DNA of 64,000 nucleotides from Sedimentisphaerales bacterium (GTDB lineage: Bacteria > Planctomycetota > Phycisphaerae > Sedimentisphaerales > Anaerobacaceae): NCBI GenBank assembly GCA_040772485.1, contig JAXGYC010000010.1:320001-384000 (forward strand), read 5' to 3'. The notes under the pieces are model-generated. The model made no database searches. It was not told the origin of the DNA and was given only the letters and a program-made list of their open reading frames with translations. The translations under genes were made by a program, and so were the position numbers. Below, one piece after another: positions 60,469 to 64,000 of this stretch (position 1 is its first letter; each line of letters starts with the position of its first letter).

Positions 60469-62265
60469 ATGGCAAGACTGCAAATCACAAGCACGACTGC
60501 TGCATGGGCGACGATTCTCTTGCTGACCGTCGCTACAGGGCAGGCGCAGACCGTCGATGTAAGCTGGACGTTCGGCGCGATCGGGTCGTCTTCGTACCGG
60601 CTGGACGCCTTCACGCCGGCCGGAATCGAGTTCGGCACGATCGGCAGCGCGGACCCGACGCTGGCCCTGGCGTTGGGCAAACGGTACCAGGTCAAGGTGG
60701 TCGACTACATGATGCACCCGTTTGAGGTGATCGCCAAATCGCCGTCACCGACACAGGACAAGGTGCTGCTGTCGATGTCGATCGCCGGACCGTTCGAATC
60801 CAATCCGAAGGTCAACTGGCAGGACAACGGTCAAGGGACGGTCGCGTTCACGCTGACCGCCGAGCTGCACCAGGCGACGACCGAATCGGGCCGGACGCCC
60901 GGCTATCGGTGCCGGCCGCACTTCATGGAGATGCGGGGCGATTTCACCGTGGCCGGCCTGCCCCTGGCCGAGACCATCCAACCATCGCCCATCCGAATCG
61001 ACCTGGCGACCGTCGCCGCGGGCCTGATCGCCCCTGTGGACCTTCAGCCTGACCCGGCCGTTGCCGGACGGCTCTACATCGTCGATCAGGCGGGTCTGGT
61101 GCGCACCATCGAACAGGGACAGCTTCTCGAAACGCCCTTCCTCGACGTGCGAGATCGCCTCGTCCAGCCGTTGGGCATTCTCGGCAGCTTCGATGAGGAC
61201 GACTACGACGAACGAGGTTTGCTGGGCCTGGCGTTCCATCCGGGATTCGCCGATCCGAGCAGTCCCGGCTACCACACGCTGTACACCTACACGAGCGAGC
61301 CGGTCGGCGGCCCCGCCGATTTCACGCTCGACCTGGCTTCCGAGGAGGTGAACCACCAGAGCGTCGTGACGGAGTGGCAGTTGGCCCGGGTGCAGAACGT
61401 GGTCGATCTGAGCACTGCCCGCGTGGTGCTGCGCATCGATCAGCCGCAGTTCAATCATAACGGCGGCTATCTCGCCTTCGGCCCGGACAGCTACCTCTAC
61501 ATCGCCCTGGGCGATGGGGGCGCCGCCAATGACGCCGGAGCGGGCCACGGTCCCGACGGCAACGGCCAGAACATCCACACCGTTCACGGCAGCATCCTGC
61601 GGATCGATCCCCTGCCGCCGGCCGCGACGCCCGACAGCCGCAACGCCGCGAGCGCCAACGGGCAGTACCGCATCCCCTGGGACAATGAGTTCGTCGGCAT
61701 CGACGGCGTCGATGAGATCTTCGCGTACGGCTTCCGCAACCCGTACCGCTTCAGCTTCGAGCCGCTCACCGGCGCGCTGATCGTCGCGGACGTCGGACAG
61801 GGCCACGTCGAAGAGATCAACATCGTGCGCAAGGGCGGCAACCACGGCTGGAAGATCAAAGAGGGTGACTTCCTCTTCGATCCCGAAGATATCGCGGTCG
61901 GCGTGCCGTTCGAGGACCCGGCTCTCATCGATCCGGTGGCCCAGTACGACCACGACGACGGTCTGGCGGTGGTCGGCGGGTTCCTGTACTTCGGAACGCA
62001 GGTGCCTCCGTTGCGCGCGATGTACGTGTTCGGCGACTTCTCCCGCGCGTTCAGCGCGCCACAGGGCCGGCTCTTCGTCGCCGACCTCTGGTCCGGGCAG
62101 ATCGCGGAGTTGCTCATCGGCAACGAGCAGCAGCCTTTGGGCCTCTTCGTCAAGGGGATGGGACAGGACCGCGACGGTGAGGTCTACGTCCTGGCCAGCA
62201 CCGCGCTGGGACCCTATGGCAATACGGGGGTCGTATTCAAGATCGTCGCGGCCCCCAATCCGTAG
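60469..62265 (+). CDS. Soluble PQQ glucose/sorbosone dehydrogenase-like propeller with N-terminal cupredoxin-like domain
   Basis: AAGGAG RBS, signal peptide; ERGLLGLAFHP, NHNGG..FGPD..LGDGG, YGFRNP; N-domain HPF...YRCRPHFMEMRG. Confidence 0.85.
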   Translation: MARLQITSTTAAWATILLLTVATGQAQTVDVSWTFGAIGSSSYRLDAFTPAGIEFGTIGSADPTLALALGKRYQVKVVDYMMHPFEVIAKSPSPTQDKVLLSMSIAGPFESNPKVNWQDNGQGTVAFTLTAELHQATTESGRTPGYRCRPHFMEMRGDFTVAGLPLAETIQPSPIRIDLATVAAGLIAPVDLQPDPAVAGRLYIVDQAGLVRTIEQGQLLETPFLDVRDRLVQPLGILGSFDEDDYDERGLLGLAFHPGFADPSSPGYHTLYTYTSEPVGGPADFTLDLASEEVNHQSVVTEWQLARVQNVVDLSTARVVLRIDQPQFNHNGGYLAFGPDSYLYIALGDGGAANDAGAGHGPDGNGQNIHTVHGSILRIDPLPPAATPDSRNAASANGQYRIPWDNEFVGIDGVDEIFAYGFRNPYRFSFEPLTGALIVADVGQGHVEEINIVRKGGNHGWKIKEGDFLFDPEDIAVGVPFEDPALIDPVAQYDHDDGLAVVGGFLYFGTQVPPLRAMYVFGDFSRAFSAPQGRLFVADLWSGQIAELLIGNEQQPLGLFVKGMGQDRDGEVYVLASTALGPYGNTGVVFKIVAAPNP

Positions 62266-62355
62266 CACAGACAGCGGGACACACCACGACAGGGACGCTC
62301 GTCATGAAGGAACGAATGCGAGCGTCCTTGCCGATCGAGGGCTTGGAGGCGGCAA

Positions 62356-62709
62356 TCAGCCGAAGATCTTGTGTCGGAAGACGAAGAAGACGGCGCCGAA
62401 GATGCACAGGCCCGCCCAGAGGTAGTCCAGACGCACCTGCTCCTTCATGTAGAGGATCGAGAACGGCACGAAAATCGTCAGCGTGACCGCCTCCTGGAGG
62501 ATCTTGAGCTGTCCGACATTGAGCATGGTGTGCCCGATCCGGTTGGCCGGCACCTGAATCAAATACTCGAAGAACGCGATCCCCCAGCTCACCAGCGCCG
62601 CGATGATCCACGGCCGATGCGACAGGTTCCGCAGGTGCCCGTACCAGGCGAACGTCATGAAGATGTTGCTGCAGCACAGTAGCAGCGTCGTCGTCAGAAT
62701 CACACGCAT
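62356..62709 (-). CDS. Small DMT-superfamily membrane protein (DUF486-like)
   Basis: SNIFMTFAWYGHL, SWGIAFFEY..QVPANRIG, QLKILQE. Confidence 0.88.
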   Translation of the reverse strand: MRVILTTTLLLCCSNIFMTFAWYGHLRNLSHRPWIIAALVSWGIAFFEYLIQVPANRIGHTMLNVGQLKILQEAVTLTIFVPFSILYMKEQVRLDYLWAGLCIFGAVFFVFRHKIFG

Positions 62710-62887
62710 ACACTGAAGCCCTTTGCCAGCCCAAGACCTTTGGCCCCCGTCGCGACCACCGCGACCGAGCCGGCGAATATCAAACCCGAAATGGCGGGGA
62801 TACACAAGGGCCGCCGTACAGCCACGCGCTATTTGTGTGTGCGCAGGTGTCAGGGCGCCGGCATCTCTGAGCCACTGGAGCGGCTGG

Positions 62888-63040
62888 GTGGCAGCCTCAG
62901 AGCTTGTCCTGAGCGAAGCCGAACGGATCCGCAGGACTTGGGGATGGCTGAAAGTGTCGGTGTCTCCGGACATGGAAGGCCAAATCGTACCCGCCATCCC
63001 CAAGGCTTCGCTCAGGACGGGCTTTGAGGCTGCCACACGC
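62888..63040. repeat. MITE/REPIN-like element, family 2 copy C, with an extra nested inverted repeat
   Basis: GTGGCAGCCTCA...TTGAGGCTGCCAC; nested GTCCTGAGCGAAGCC/GGCTTCGCTCAGGAC; inner TTGGGGATGGC/GCCATCCCCAA. Confidence 0.85.
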
Positions 63041-63064
63041 ATGCCAGGATATTCTCACACACCG

Positions 63065-64000
63065 CTATTTCCTGCGGCGCGGTTTGGGGGTGGCGAGGCG
63101 GGCGATCTTGGCGAGCAGGTCGGGGCGTTTGCGGTCGCGCAGGAACTCGGCCAGGAGCGTGCGGTTCTCGCTCTGGTAGTACTGCATCAGCGCGGCCTGG
63201 AGGCGCTTTTCCTTTCGGGAGGTGGGGACGTGGATCTTGCGTCCGGCGGCGTCGACGCCGGAGACGTACATCGCCGTCGAGAGCGTCAGCGGGATCGGGA
63301 CAAAGTCCTGGACCTGGCGAGGCCGCCACGAGCGGGACAGGAGGTACTCGGTGAGCTTCATCGCGTCCTCGGGCGTGCAGGCCGGGTGCGCGCTGATGAA
63401 GTACGGCACGAGGTACGCCTCCTTGCCGACACGCCGGCAGGACTCGGTGAACCGCTGCTCGAATTCTTCGAACACCTCAAAATGAGGCTTGCCCATCCGA
63501 TCCAGAACCTCCGGGCAATAATGCTCCGGCGCGACCTTCAGATGACCGCCGACAAAGTGCTTCACGAGCATGTCGAGATAATCGCGGCTTTGCAGGGCCA
63601 GATCGTGCCGAATCCCCGAGGCGACGAAGACGTTGGTTCGCTTCGACCCATCCCGGCTCCAGCGGACAAAGGCCTCCATCATCTCGAGCATCGGGCCGTG
63701 GTCGAACTCGCCCCGTCGGCAAGGCTTCGGGAACAGGCAACTGACCCGCTCGCACGTCTCGCTCCGCGCGCAGTCCATGCCGTACATGTTGGCCGACGGT
63801 CCGCCGAGGTCTTCGATCGTACCGCGAAACTGCGGATGCCGACGAAGCCGATCCGCTTCGGCCAGAAGCGACGGCAGGGATCGCGAGCGAATCTCTTTGC
63901 CCTGGTGACATCCAATGGAACAGAACGAGCAGCCGCCGAAGCAGCCGCGATGGGTCGTGATGGAGAACTGCACCGGCGTCAGTGCCGGCACGCCACCTTG
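63065..64000 (-). CDS. ygiQ: YgiQ family (UPF0313) radical SAM protein, 5' end outside window
   Basis: [50 protein letters not shown]. Confidence 0.92.
   Translation of the reverse strand, partial: QGGVPALTPVQFSITTHRGCFGGCSFCSIGCHQGKEIRSRSLPSLLAEADRLRRHPQFRGTIEDLGGPSANMYGMDCARSETCERVSCLFPKPCRRGEFDHGPMLEMMEAFVRWSRDGSKRTNVFVASGIRHDLALQSRDYLDMLVKHFVGGHLKVAPEHYCPEVLDRMGKPHFEVFEEFEQRFTESCRRVGKEAYLVPYFISAHPACTPEDAMKLTEYLLSRSWRPRQVQDFVPIPLTLSTAMYVSGVDAAGRKIHVPTSRKEKRLQAALMQYYQSENRTLLAEFLRDRKRPDLLAKIARLATPKPRRRK

Overview
GC-rich bacterial chromosome segment. It is most likely a Planctomycetota (Phycisphaerae, Sedimentisphaerales-like) anaerobe; this is an inference from the multiple DUF1080 genes, the H-x-DG pseudopilin, the LamG/discoidin surface protein and several Tat-exported enzymes. 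Housekeeping genes (rpoD, dnaG, tatD, yraN, rplS, purF-like, rpsA, ispH, argG, bfr, 2-oxoacid:ferredoxin oxidoreductase, comEC, prepilin peptidase, ygiQ) alternate with carbohydrate-active, transport and secreted-protein genes. I saw no rRNA, tRNA, CRISPR array or transposase. Most notable observations: (1) a Na+/solute symporter fused to an apparent C-terminal double-psi beta-barrel, coupled to a small 2-TM partner and a CxxCH/PD40/TPR protein; (2) an unannotated ~570-aa protein with an intact and a degenerate transglutaminase-like motif, downstream of an operon with an orphan CheD; (3) a blue-copper domain fused to a soluble-GDH-type propeller; (4) a ClC with GPGVP and no inner glutamate; (5) a PurF with Ser in place of Cys1; (6) an exact 170-bp-period duplicated promoter/leader ahead of a nonsense-disrupted gene; (7) several REP/MITE-like palindrome families, including nested copies, copies that supply stop codons, and one that may lie inside a signal peptide. 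All calls come from reading motifs by eye; no database searches were run, and start codons are best estimates.
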